Shown here: positions 1-8,391 of the stretch, in pieces
How the letters are laid out: each line of letters starts with the position of its first letter
How positions within the stretch are numbered: the stretch's first letter is position 1
Assembly (NCBI GenBank): GCA_965204745.1
Contig: OZ242010.1
Location: 2,432,001 to 2,496,000, forward strand
DNA from: Candidatus Latescibacterota bacterium
GTDB taxonomy: Bacteria; Latescibacterota; UBA2968
Direction: 5' to 3'
Length of the DNA: 64,000 nucleotides
Made by a program: the position numbers and the translations under genes
The notes under the pieces: model-generated
The model's input: only the letters and a program-made list of their open reading frames with translations
The model's database searches: none
Told to the model about the DNA's origin: nothing

Positions 1-478
1 TTTGCGTCACGTATCCCACCACCCCGCGCAGTTCCCCGAGTTCGCCTTGCCGAATCAACTCCCGCACATACACATAAGGGGCCATGTAATTGCGCTGATA
101 GGCCACCATCAAGTACAATTTCAGTTTGTCCGACAAATTGATCAGGGACTTTGTTTGGCGCGATGCGAGCGTCAGGGGTTTTTCAACCAAGACGTGCAAG
201 CCCTTTTGCAAAGCCAATCGGACTTGTTCGTAATGCATGGCGTGGGGCGAACTGATCACCATCGCGTCCATGGCCTCGTGCCGCACGAGTTGGCGATAAT
301 CCTCGTAAAACGCCATCTCGCTGCCCCATGCTTTCATCACGCTCTTTGCTTGACTCTCGTCCGGATCGGCCACGCCCACGATCTCCACGCCGCCGTCTGC
401 CTTCAGGCGGGGCAAATGCGCCCGTTGCATGTTGCCACCACACCCGATCAAACCGAGTCGAATTTTTTGTTTTGCCAT
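1..478 (-). CDS. Gfo/Idh/MocA family oxidoreductase (3' end runs off the window)
   Basis: Not in the ORF track. Manual translation MAKQKIRLGLIGCGGNMQRAHLP...ISSPHAMHYEQVRLALQKGLHVLVEKPL shows a Rossmann Gly motif and the EKP motif; a GGAGG RBS lies upstream. Confidence 0.9.
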   Translation of the reverse strand, partial: MAKQKIRLGLIGCGGNMQRAHLPRLKADGGVEIVGVADPDESQAKSVMKAWGSEMAFYEDYRQLVRHEAMDAMVISSPHAMHYEQVRLALQKGLHVLVEKPLTLASRQTKSLINLSDKLKLYLMVAYQRNYMAPYVYVRELIRQGELGELRGVVGYVTQ

Positions 479-515
479 CGCGCTAACCTCCCAATCGTTG
501 TAAAAATGTCGCCTA

Positions 516-1316
516 TCATGCCGCGTGTTCGGCCGCCATCGTCAATTCCTCTCTGCCTTCCAACCCGGCGATCACCGGAAACGTGCGCGATGAGGCCGTG
601 CCTCGCGCCATGTAGCGCACGGTCGGCGGAAAATACGCATAGAGCGCGGTGTGCCTGGGATGAGGCGAGTGGTTCGGCCCGGATCCGTGGACGCACAAGC
701 TGTGAAACAACAGGGCCGTCCCTGCCTTGAGGGGCACTTCAAGGGCCGTAGCCAGATTTTTTTTCTCCGTCAACGCGGCATCTTGAGGCCGCGCAATATG
801 CCCCCATTTCTGCATGCCCCACTTGTGGCTTTCGGGAATGACCTGAATGCACCCGTTCTCCGAATTGGAATCGGTCAGCGCGATGCTCACGGTCACGAGC
901 GCGGGCGGCTCCATAGGCCAATACGCCGAATCCTGATGAAACCCGTGCGACGACCCGTGAAACGCGGGCTTGAGCATGAGAGTGCTACGGAACAACAACA
1001 AATCCAGCCCGATCAAATTTTGCACCACCGGCACCAGTTTGGGATGCGCGGCCAAATTTTTGAACACCTCGGAAAAATCGCGCGTCTGTTCGATCTTTCG
1101 CAACACCGGCAGGCCCTCTTGTCGTTTGTCCTTTGCATACGGCTCGCGCTGAAAATGGCCCGCACGCGTATCGCCCTGCTCGACCAATTCCGCGGCGAAG
1201 GCGTGTAAGTTGCGAATCTCCGCTTCGCACGCGCCCAACTCATCTGCCGACACCACGCCTTCGACGATGAGATAGCCTTGATCGTAAAAAAATGCCCTCT
1301 GTTCCTCTCGCGTCAT
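516..1316 (-). CDS. Phytanoyl-CoA dioxygenase (PhyH) family Fe(II)/2-oxoglutarate dioxygenase
   Basis: QGYLIVEGV start, HQD iron motif, GCIQVIPESH, LKAGTALLFHSLCVHGSGPN..R; AGGAGG RBS. Confidence 0.92.
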   Translation of the reverse strand: MTREEQRAFFYDQGYLIVEGVVSADELGACEAEIRNLHAFAAELVEQGDTRAGHFQREPYAKDKRQEGLPVLRKIEQTRDFSEVFKNLAAHPKLVPVVQNLIGLDLLLFRSTLMLKPAFHGSSHGFHQDSAYWPMEPPALVTVSIALTDSNSENGCIQVIPESHKWGMQKWGHIARPQDAALTEKKNLATALEVPLKAGTALLFHSLCVHGSGPNHSPHPRHTALYAYFPPTVRYMARGTASSRTFPVIAGLEGREELTMAAEHAA

Positions 1317-1402
1317 TTCGCGCCTCCTATGTGATTATGATAATGACCCTCCCCGCACAGGCGTAGCCTACAAGCGTAGCGAGTAACGGGGTTTTAAGAA
1401 TC

Positions 1403-1738
1403 GTGAAGAACCCCGTGCTAAAGCCTCGGGGCTTCAGAGGCACTACAGCACAGGTCGTCCTGTCAACGAGACTGCGAACCTATACGAGCGTCCGTCTTAC
1501 GGTCTCTCTTGGAAACGTCCACTTCCAAACGTCGCTTACAGCCAGTCACCGCACGAAACAAGAGCCTTTTCTTGTACGTGAAGGTTGCGGCGACCTCTCA
1601 TGTTGGGGCGAATAATTATTCGCCCCAACACATGGGGAATATATCCCCTACGCACAACATTGCAAGCCCTAAAAAAGTGCTCATGCTAAAGCACGCAAGT
1701 TCTTATATCCCCCTGCGAAAGCATGGGGGTCTTACGGA
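1403..1738 (+). mobile_element. Non-autonomous IS200/IS605-family remnant with an omegaRNA/HEARO-like 5' region and no nuclease ORF
   Basis: Begins GTGAAGAACCCCGTGCTAAAGCCTCGGGGCTT and ends TATATCCCCCTGCGAAAGCATGGGGGTCTTACGG, resembling the paired terminal hairpins of IscB/IsrB-type elements. No credible protein lies between them. Confidence 0.6.
1601..1652. repeat. REP-like palindrome
   Basis: Perfect palindrome TGTTGGGGCGAATAATTATTCGCCCCAACA, followed by GGGGAATATATCCCCTAC; resembles GTAG-type REPs. Confidence 0.65.
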
Positions 1739-2022
1739 TTGTTTAGATAACGGAGTTGGGGAAGTACGCGACCGCGTAGCCATTCGCGGCATTGTCCTTC
1801 GCTGTTGCCCGTCACATTGTACGCAAACGTATTCATGCGGCGGTCACGGCTTGCTTCTTACTCGCTTTTTACGCTTAATTCGCATCGGTTATGAAACTGT
1901 ATGGCTTTCATCTACATTCATCGCCGTGCATAGGGTTTTGGGAGTGGATGAGGCGGTTCTCCCTTCTCGCGCCTTTGGGGTTGGGTTGGGTGGACTGACC
2001 ACTGCCTTTCACATTTAACACC

Positions 2023-2051
2023 TTGACACGCGCCAAGGCTTTTGTTAAATT
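2023..2051 (+). promoter_or_regulatory. sigma-70 promoter of tRNA-Phe
   Basis: TTGACA-17 bp-TAAATT with a TG extended -10, about 25 bp upstream of the tRNA. Confidence 0.75.
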
Positions 2052-2075
2052 TGTCACCGCATCGGGAAGAATGGC

Positions 2076-2151
<76 letters not shown>

Positions 2152-2165
2152 TCATTCTCGACCCC

Positions 2166-2206
2166 ACCGCGCAGGGTTTCAAGCCCTTGCGCGGTTTTTT
2201 TGTTTT
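2166..2206 (+). terminator. Rho-independent terminator after tRNA-Phe
   Basis: ACCGCGCAGGG...CCCTTGCGCGGT hairpin followed by a T-run. Confidence 0.8.
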
Positions 2207-2421
2207 CCACAAGAGGCAGAGGCAAGTGCCCAAGTGCGTGCCCAGCCCACTTCCGCGCCGCCGTGTGCGTTATCCCGGCCCATATTCCCCGGCCTCTCGC
2301 GTCTCGCGTCTTTTGCTGATTGAAAAAATCTCGTGCCCGTTTTCATTTTAGACAAAATAATAACACTGCCGATTTTAGGATCAGCAGTGCTATTCGTTTG
2401 TCCATTGTGCGTTTGAGCTGT

Positions 2422-3195
2422 TCATTCAGCCGTGGGATCGAAGCCTTCGATGCGCCCTTCTTGGATCTCGATCTCGTCGCGGCGTCTGATTTTTTCGACT
2501 TGGCCGTCGCGCAAATCGACCACGCGATCAGACACGCCGAGCATCTTGTGATCGTGCGTGTTGGTCACGATGGTAACGCCGCTTTCGCCCTGCATCTTGA
2601 GCAACAATTCGATGATTTCCTGCCCGGTTTTTAAGTCCAAGTTGCCGGTTGGCTCGTCAGCCAAAATCAGATCCGGGTCATTCGCCATGGCACGGGCGAT
2701 AGCCACGCGCTGCTGCTGACCGCCGGACAACTCGTAGGGCTTGTGATGCAGGCGGTCCGCGAGGCCCACCAGCGACAATTTGTGCGCGGCTTTTTCCTCG
2801 TATTCCTTGCGCGGCATGCCCGAAAATACCATCGGCAAAGACACGTTTTCGAGCGCGGTCATGACGGGAATCAGGTTGAACGATTGAAAAATGTACCCGA
2901 CGCTGTGGCAACGCAAATACGCGATTTGCCCTTGGCTCATGTCGCCCATGTTCGCGCCATTGACCAAGACCGTGCCCTTGGTGGGCGTGTCCAACGCGCC
3001 GACCATGTTGAACATCGTGGTTTTGCCGGAACCCGAAGGCCCCATGATGGACAAGTACTCCCCGCGAATCACATTGAGATTCACGCCGCGCAGGGCATGC
3101 ACTTCCTGATCGCCCATCCGATAGGTTTTCCACACCCCTTGCACGTTGATGATGTAATCCTCGTTGCCATTGCCGACTTGTTGTTCTCGCGCCAT
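2422..3195 (-). CDS. ABC transporter ATP-binding protein (LolD/MacB-type)
   Basis: Walker A GPSGSGKTT, LSGGQQQRVAIARA signature, ILADEPTGNLD; GAGGAG RBS before the ATG at 3195. Confidence 0.93.
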   Translation of the reverse strand: MAREQQVGNGNEDYIINVQGVWKTYRMGDQEVHALRGVNLNVIRGEYLSIMGPSGSGKTTMFNMVGALDTPTKGTVLVNGANMGDMSQGQIAYLRCHSVGYIFQSFNLIPVMTALENVSLPMVFSGMPRKEYEEKAAHKLSLVGLADRLHHKPYELSGGQQQRVAIARAMANDPDLILADEPTGNLDLKTGQEIIELLLKMQGESGVTIVTNTHDHKMLGVSDRVVDLRDGQVEKIRRRDEIEIQEGRIEGFDPTAE

Positions 3196-3353
3196 TGTGT
3201 TCTCCTCTTGCAATAAATCCGTTGTCGAAGCCCATTTTAGCGAAATCCCTTGGGCATGTCAAGCCAAATAAAATTTTGCGTGATTCCCAATGCGTCTTTC
3301 CCTATATTCCGTCGCCATTCAACTCGCACAACTCAAAGGAAAGGACCCCTATC

Positions 3354-4178
3354 GTGAAACTCGCCGTGTGCAATGAATTTTTTGATGACTGGACAATTGA
3401 TCAGGTCTTTGACTACGCCGCGGAAATCGGCTGTGATGGCGTGGAAATCGCGCCCTTTACACTGGCCCCAAGCGTGACGGACATTTCGGCAAAACAGCGC
3501 GGGGACATTCGCAAAGCCGCAGAACGTGCAGGCGTGGAAATCGTCGGCCTCCACTGGTTGCTCGCCAGTCCGCCGGGGCTGTACCTCACGCACCCAGACG
3601 AAACGATCCGCAACAAGACAGAGGCGTACATCAAGGCGTTGATCAATTTCTGCGGGGACTTGGGCGGCCGGATCATGATCCACGGATCCCCCGCACAGCG
3701 AAATATCCAAGAAGGCTGGGATCGCCAAGCCTGCTGGCAATATGCCGTTGACGTATTTTCCAACTGCACCCGCGACATGGAGGCCAACGACGTCACCTAT
3801 TGCATCGAAGCCCTGACCGGCAACGAGACCAATATCTTAAACGCCATCTCCGAAGCCCTCCAGATGGTCGCAGATGTGGGCCATCCCAATTTCCAGACGA
3901 TGGTGGATACCAAAGCCGCCGCCGCCGAGAACAAGTCCCATGTGGATGTGATCGCCGAGGCGGGCAAGGCCATGCGCCACGTCCACGTCAACGATCCCAA
4001 CTTGCGCGGGCCGGGATTTGGCGATTTGCAATTCGCCTCCATCCTCCGCGCCCTCAAAGACCGGCACTACGACGGCTATGTCTCCGTCGAAGTCTTCAAC
4101 TTCAAACCGGATCCGCAAACCATTGCCGCCCGTAGCATCGGCTACCTCAGAGGCATCTTGGAAGGCCTGGAGAATTAA
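3354..4178 (+). CDS. Sugar phosphate isomerase/epimerase (TIM barrel, tagatose/psicose 3-epimerase-like)
   Basis: GCDGVEIAPF, IEAL, HVHVNDPN, YDGYVSVEVF metal motifs; GTG start after AAGGA. Confidence 0.88.
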   Translation: MKLAVCNEFFDDWTIDQVFDYAAEIGCDGVEIAPFTLAPSVTDISAKQRGDIRKAAERAGVEIVGLHWLLASPPGLYLTHPDETIRNKTEAYIKALINFCGDLGGRIMIHGSPAQRNIQEGWDRQACWQYAVDVFSNCTRDMEANDVTYCIEALTGNETNILNAISEALQMVADVGHPNFQTMVDTKAAAAENKSHVDVIAEAGKAMRHVHVNDPNLRGPGFGDLQFASILRALKDRHYDGYVSVEVFNFKPDPQTIAARSIGYLRGILEGLEN

Positions 4179-4401
4179 CGGCCCGCAGGCGAGCACGAGG
4201 GCATCGCAAAAAGAAGTTGCTGCACAAAGGCGATGACTCGATTCATCGCCGCGAAGCCGGATGGCGCGCCTGGCTCGATTGGGGGCATCGCACGCTGAAG
4301 ATTTTCGATATTCGGGTCAATGTGTTGATCGACCCGCAATTTGAAACCGAGCATACCCATTGCCAAAGCCATGAGTTTTGTAATTTCAGCCGACGCAACA
4401 A

Positions 4402-4937
4402 CTCTGGCTACACTTCCATCAAAACAAGGATTGAAACAAATTTCGAGATACGCGAATCGTTTCGAGGCGGGAACTCTCGCTACACTTCCATCAAAACGAG
4501 GATTGACAAATGGGGAAAATAGCTTAGATTTTTTGGACATTATAGAGAGGTTGTGATGAGGACATTGAATCGACATTGCGATGGGTGATTGGGATTCAAT
4601 GCACGATGTTCATCGTGTTGGTAGGATTGATGCTACCGGTGCTCTGGGTGCTGTTGAAAGGGCGTGCGGGATAACCTTAAACAGAGGTAAGACAATGACA
4701 ACTGATGAAAAATTGATTGAACACGAGACGCGCATCTCTCGGATGGAGGGTATTATTGAGGAGATTCGCACGCGGCTTACAGGGATGGAGGCTGGTCAGC
4801 GCGAACTTGGCAGGAAAATCGACAGCGTGAAGCATACGATTTTGGTGGGGTTGCTGTTTATCACCGGCTTGTTGTCGAAGATGGCGTTCTTTGATTGATG
4901 CCTCTCGCTACACTTCCATCAAAACGAGGATTGAAAC
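4402..4937 (+). CRISPR. Orphan CRISPR mini-array: three 36-bp repeats (4402-4437, 4474-4509, 4902-4937) with a 36-bp spacer and a 392-bp gene-containing interval
   Basis: Consensus CTCTCGCTACACTTCCATCAAAACGAGGATTGAAAC has the typical ATTGAAAC 3' end. Spacer 1 is 4438-4473. No cas genes in the window. Confidence 0.8.
4695..4898 (+). CDS. Small coiled-coil protein with C-terminal TM helix (XhlA/DUF1640-like architecture), between CRISPR repeats 2 and 3
   Basis: MTTDEKLIEHETRISRMEGIIEEIRTRL...ILVGLLFITGLL; GAGG RBS; stop codon 3 bp before repeat 3. Confidence 0.7.
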   Translation: MTTDEKLIEHETRISRMEGIIEEIRTRLTGMEAGQRELGRKIDSVKHTILVGLLFITGLLSKMAFFD

Positions 4938-5176
4938 CCGACCGAGCGGCGATTCCAGCGGGCCGGTAGGTGGTCAACGACGGCTACGGTTCGTGCGGGA
5001 ATAGAATATAGCCAACAGCGAGGACGCTTCTGAATTTTAGCAGTCGTCTGACGCTGGGGCCGTCCCTTATTTGCAGGATATCCCTCCCGTCATTCCCGCG
5101 GCGCAACGCGACCCAAGGCGGGTTTTCAACCAACTTCTCTATTTGTTTAGATAAGTTACAAGGAGGGTTGAACGCG

Positions 5177-6349
5177 ATGCAAAAGATACCTTCGGCATAT
5201 CAGGTGGGATACGAAAAAGCGCACCTACGCAATCCAAGTCTCGCCGCAAAGTACATTGAACACACGCGCCTCAATGACCCGGTCGCTGATGCGGTCATTG
5301 AGTCGTTGGCTGAGTTCGAGCATGGACAGGTCCATCGCTTCATCAAGGCCGGCATGGAACAAAACGCGCCGATCCTCGCGGACGCGCCGCGGCTGTTGCG
5401 CGACTTTTTTGAAGAACTCGAAACGCCCCCGGCGTGGTTTGATCGGGACGCGGTTTTTCCGGGCCGCCAAGCCTTCCACGAGTACTCGGACTTGTTCATC
5501 CCCGCATTCTTTGTCGCCACCCTCCAAAACGCTTCCACTTTGATCAGCAAGGCGTTTTATACGACGGGCCGGGTATTGAGCGGTTTCGGGGCCAGGCGAA
5601 TCCGGCAAAACACCCGGCACTTCATCGAGATTATGCTCCCGGGATCCTTAGAACGGCAGTCAGATGGCTGGAAGCAATCGGTCCGCATCCGGCTAGTCCA
5701 CGCACAGGTCAGGCGGTTGATTCGTTCCTCGGGCAACTGGGACGAGTCGGTCTATGGAGTGCCCCTCAGCGCCGCGCATCTCGCGCTCGCGTCGGCCAAC
5801 TTTTCCGCGACGATACTGAAGCATGTACAGACGCTCGGGGCGCAACTAGACGATGCCGCTCGCAACGGTTTCATGCAGATCTGGTGCTATGCTTCAACGC
5901 TGATCGGTACGCCCGAGGCCCTCCTATTCGATGGAGACGAGGCCAAAACCAAGGCGCTGTCCCAACTCGCGCACCTCTGCGAACCGTCGCCTGGCGATGA
6001 ATCGGTTGCAATCGCGAATGCGCTGGTCAAAGCCCTGCCCGATATCGCCAGAAAGACCGATCCTGGCGACCGACAATCCATGGTGGATCATACGTACCGG
6101 GTCTCGCGCGCGCTCCTCGGCGACGAACTCGCCGATCAACTTTCGTTTCCCCGGCAATCGGCGGCGGGACTGCTGACGTGGATGCGGTTGCAACGCCGTG
6201 CCCACAGGATCTCCCACCGCATGGCACCGGGCGTCGCCCAAAAGTGGCGCGGGAAGAACTTCGTCTTTCTGCTCAAAGCGTCGATGCTCGATGATCTCAG
6301 CTACCGGATCCCGGATCACTTGAAGGCAGACGAGGCGACTCCGTGGTGA
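5177..6349 (+). CDS. Oxygenase MpaB / DUF2236 (Lcp-like) family protein
   Basis: DPVADAVI, PPAWFD, RRIRQNTRHF, VRIRLVHAQVR and WDES.YGVPLS motifs; AGGAGG RBS. Confidence 0.8.
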   Translation: MQKIPSAYQVGYEKAHLRNPSLAAKYIEHTRLNDPVADAVIESLAEFEHGQVHRFIKAGMEQNAPILADAPRLLRDFFEELETPPAWFDRDAVFPGRQAFHEYSDLFIPAFFVATLQNASTLISKAFYTTGRVLSGFGARRIRQNTRHFIEIMLPGSLERQSDGWKQSVRIRLVHAQVRRLIRSSGNWDESVYGVPLSAAHLALASANFSATILKHVQTLGAQLDDAARNGFMQIWCYASTLIGTPEALLFDGDEAKTKALSQLAHLCEPSPGDESVAIANALVKALPDIARKTDPGDRQSMVDHTYRVSRALLGDELADQLSFPRQSAAGLLTWMRLQRRAHRISHRMAPGVAQKWRGKNFVFLLKASMLDDLSYRIPDHLKADEATPW

Positions 6350-6370
6350 CCTCTCCGACCATCCCCCCGG

Positions 6371-6404
6371 TTTAGCCACGAGCGGGGTACAACTGGCGAT
6401 AGCC
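6371..6404. repeat. Dispersed 34-bp intergenic repeat (identical copy at 59314-59347)
   Basis: TTTAGCCACGAGCGGGGTACAACTGGCGATAGCC at both sites, each followed shortly by AAAGGCACAAAAG. Confidence 0.85.
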
Positions 6405-6436
6405 ACAAAAGGCACAAAAGGCACAAAAAGGGCCCC

Positions 6437-7474
6437 GTGGTGACCTCTCCCATCCCTCCCATCTTTGTACTGAGCACAGGGCGGTGCGGCTCGACGATGG
6501 TGTCGAACATCCTAAACCATCATCCGCGCGTGCTCAGCCTCTCCGAACTCATCAGCTATATCGGGATACGCTCGTTCAGCCGTCGTCGGACCACTGGCGA
6601 TTGGATGTGGGAACGCTATAGCCGGCAACAGCCGCGAACCCGTCTCATGTTGCAGGGGCGGTACGAGGAACTGCTTTACCCGCTCGACGATCCCAACAGC
6701 CGTTTCACGCAGGACGACGTGCCGCCTATTCTGTGTGCCACGCTCCCACACCTCACCGAACGGTACGAGGACTTGTTCGATGCGCTCGAGCCGATGGTGC
6801 GGGGCCAGCCGAGACAGTCGCCGGCCGACCACCTCCGGCATTTTATCGCGTGGTTGTGCCAACGGTACGGTTGCTGCACTTGGGCCGAACGCTCGGGCGG
6901 GTCCCTTCTTTTCGCTTCTAGATTGCTACACGAGTTTCCCGAGGCGCGGGTGATCCACGTGTACCGCGATGGACGGGAAACGGCCATCTCGATGAGTCGG
7001 CACTACCTCTTTCGCCTGATCGCCGCGACCATGCTGGCACTTCGATCCTTTGGATTCGATGCGATGAAATCGCTCGCTCGGGGAAGGCACTGGGAGCGAC
7101 TCAGCTCGCGCTTGGAGCCGTTGACGAGATTGTTGCTGAACCCCGCAAAGCTGCCCTACGACGAGCTGACACTCCGCGATTTCGGGGTTCTCTGGAGCGC
7201 GATGATCGAGCGGGGAGACCGCATGCTCAGCCGCTTGCCATCAGGCCACCTGCTAAATGTCAAGTTCGAGGCCATACAGGCGGATCCGGACCGCGAGATC
7301 CGGCGTCTCATTCGATTCATCGATCCATCGCTGGAAGATGAGGCATGGCTGGGCGCGGCGCGCTCAATCCCGCGACAAACGACGTCCAAGTTCGCGCAAC
7401 TTACCGCTGGCGATCAGGCCGCGCTCTCCGCAACGTGCCGCCCTGGGCTTGAACGCCTGGGATATCCGCTCTGA
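6437..7474 (+). CDS. Sulfotransferase family protein
   Basis: 5'-PSB motif STGRCGST; 3'-PB motif IHVYRDGRETAIS. Confidence 0.88.
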   Translation: MVTSPIPPIFVLSTGRCGSTMVSNILNHHPRVLSLSELISYIGIRSFSRRRTTGDWMWERYSRQQPRTRLMLQGRYEELLYPLDDPNSRFTQDDVPPILCATLPHLTERYEDLFDALEPMVRGQPRQSPADHLRHFIAWLCQRYGCCTWAERSGGSLLFASRLLHEFPEARVIHVYRDGRETAISMSRHYLFRLIAATMLALRSFGFDAMKSLARGRHWERLSSRLEPLTRLLLNPAKLPYDELTLRDFGVLWSAMIERGDRMLSRLPSGHLLNVKFEAIQADPDREIRRLIRFIDPSLEDEAWLGAARSIPRQTTSKFAQLTAGDQAALSATCRPGLERLGYPL

Positions 7475-7515
7475 GCCTACCTAAGTAGATTTATCATTGG
7501 GAATAAGGTACATCA

Positions 7516-8118
7516 ATGCCGCGTAAAAATAGGTTTCTCAACATCGGCGACCCGGCCCCCTTATTCACGCTTCCCTCGCATCAGCAACGAGACGTGTCGC
7601 TGGCGTCACATCGAGGGAAAGACCGCGTCATCCTGACGTTTTTTCGGGGAACTTGGTGAAGGAGAAGCCGTCGTCAGTTGGCGACCGTGCAAGAACACCT
7701 TGACGCGTACACCCAACGCAACGCGACGTCTATTGCCATCGCCGCCGGGCAACAGGTCCGCGAACTGCGCGAATACGCCGAACGCAACGGCATCACCTAT
7801 CCGCTTCTGTTGGACGCAGACCAGAGCGTAATCAAAAGCTACGGGGTATATCACTATTTCGGCCTAGCGGGTCACAATTTCGCGTACAACATTTTTCGCC
7901 CGGCGACGTTCATCGCCGACAAACTCGGCTATCCGTTGTACAACTATATCGGCTTGGCGGATCGCAACCTCCGCAACACCATTGCCCGTCCCGCGACGTT
8001 TATCATCGATGAACTCGGCATGGTCCGGTATATGTATATCGGATCGAATCAGTTTGATTTGGCCGAACAGGAAGAAGTTCTCGCACACTTAAAATCGCTG
8101 AAGAGTGAGATCCAGTAA
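7516..8118 (+). CDS. AhpC/TSA (peroxiredoxin-like) protein with in-frame UGA, probable selenoprotein
   Basis: The ATG at 7516 reads ...LNIGDPAPLFTLPS...ILTFFRGTW-TGA(7657)-RRSRRQLA and continues in frame into the 7678-8118 ORF (YPLLLDAD, RPATFIID). UGA occupies the catalytic Cys position, with a hairpin 10 nt downstream. Confidence 0.75.
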
Positions 8119-8187
8119 GAGACTTCGTCGCCGCCTCGAATATCATCCAGATGCACTGAACAACCCGGCACCGTCGAGCAGGAAAAT

Positions 8188-8228
8188 CTCTCTCTACACG
8201 TCCATCAGTGAGAGGAGCGGATTGAAAC
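8188..8228 (+). CRISPR. Degenerate copy of the CRISPR repeat
   Basis: CTCTCTCTACACGTCCATCAGTGAGAGGAGCGGATTGAAAC versus consensus CTCTCGCTACACTTCCATCAAAACGAGGATTGAAAC. Confidence 0.6.
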
Positions 8229-8243
8229 GCAAAAAGAAAAGGG

Positions 8244-8272
8244 TTGTGCTCGGCAGGCGATCTGTGTAAATT
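8244..8272 (+). promoter_or_regulatory. Putative sigma-70 promoter of the tRNA-like RNA
   Basis: TTGTGC-17 bp-TAAATT (same -10 as the tRNA-Phe promoter), ending 6 bp before the closing stem. Confidence 0.5.
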
Positions 8273-8278
8273 TTGCCT

Positions 8279-8391
8279 GCCCTTACAATGCAATGTAGAT
8301 CTCAATTTGGTAGAGTGGCTCGCCGAGGCAACTCGGTCAGCGGGTTGCGGGTTCGAGTCCCGTCATTGCGTTGTGGGGGCTATTTTTTTTT
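8279..8391 (+). ncRNA. tRNA-like structured RNA lacking an anticodon loop and CCA
   Basis: 17-bp closing stem (8279-8295/8364-8380), D-arm-like CTCAATTTGGTAGAG, CCGAG-GCAA-CTCGG GNRA hairpin in place of the anticodon arm, canonical T arm GCGGG-TTCGAGT-CCCGT, then a T-run. Confidence 0.7.

Noticed and set aside
4175-4576. 133-aa minus-strand ORF (FNPCFDGSVARV repeats)
   Set aside because: Antisense translation of the CRISPR repeats and putative leader.
4595-4660. Additional degenerate CRISPR repeats inside the 392-bp interval (TTCATC...AGGATTGATGC)
   Set aside because: Similarity too weak, and the spacing does not follow the 72-bp period.
8289-8370. Functional tRNA, tRNA-Sec or YrlA Y RNA
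   Set aside because: No 7-nt anticodon loop, no UCA anticodon or long variable arm, no CCA, and the arm order is not permuted as in YrlA; kept as a tRNA-like RNA.
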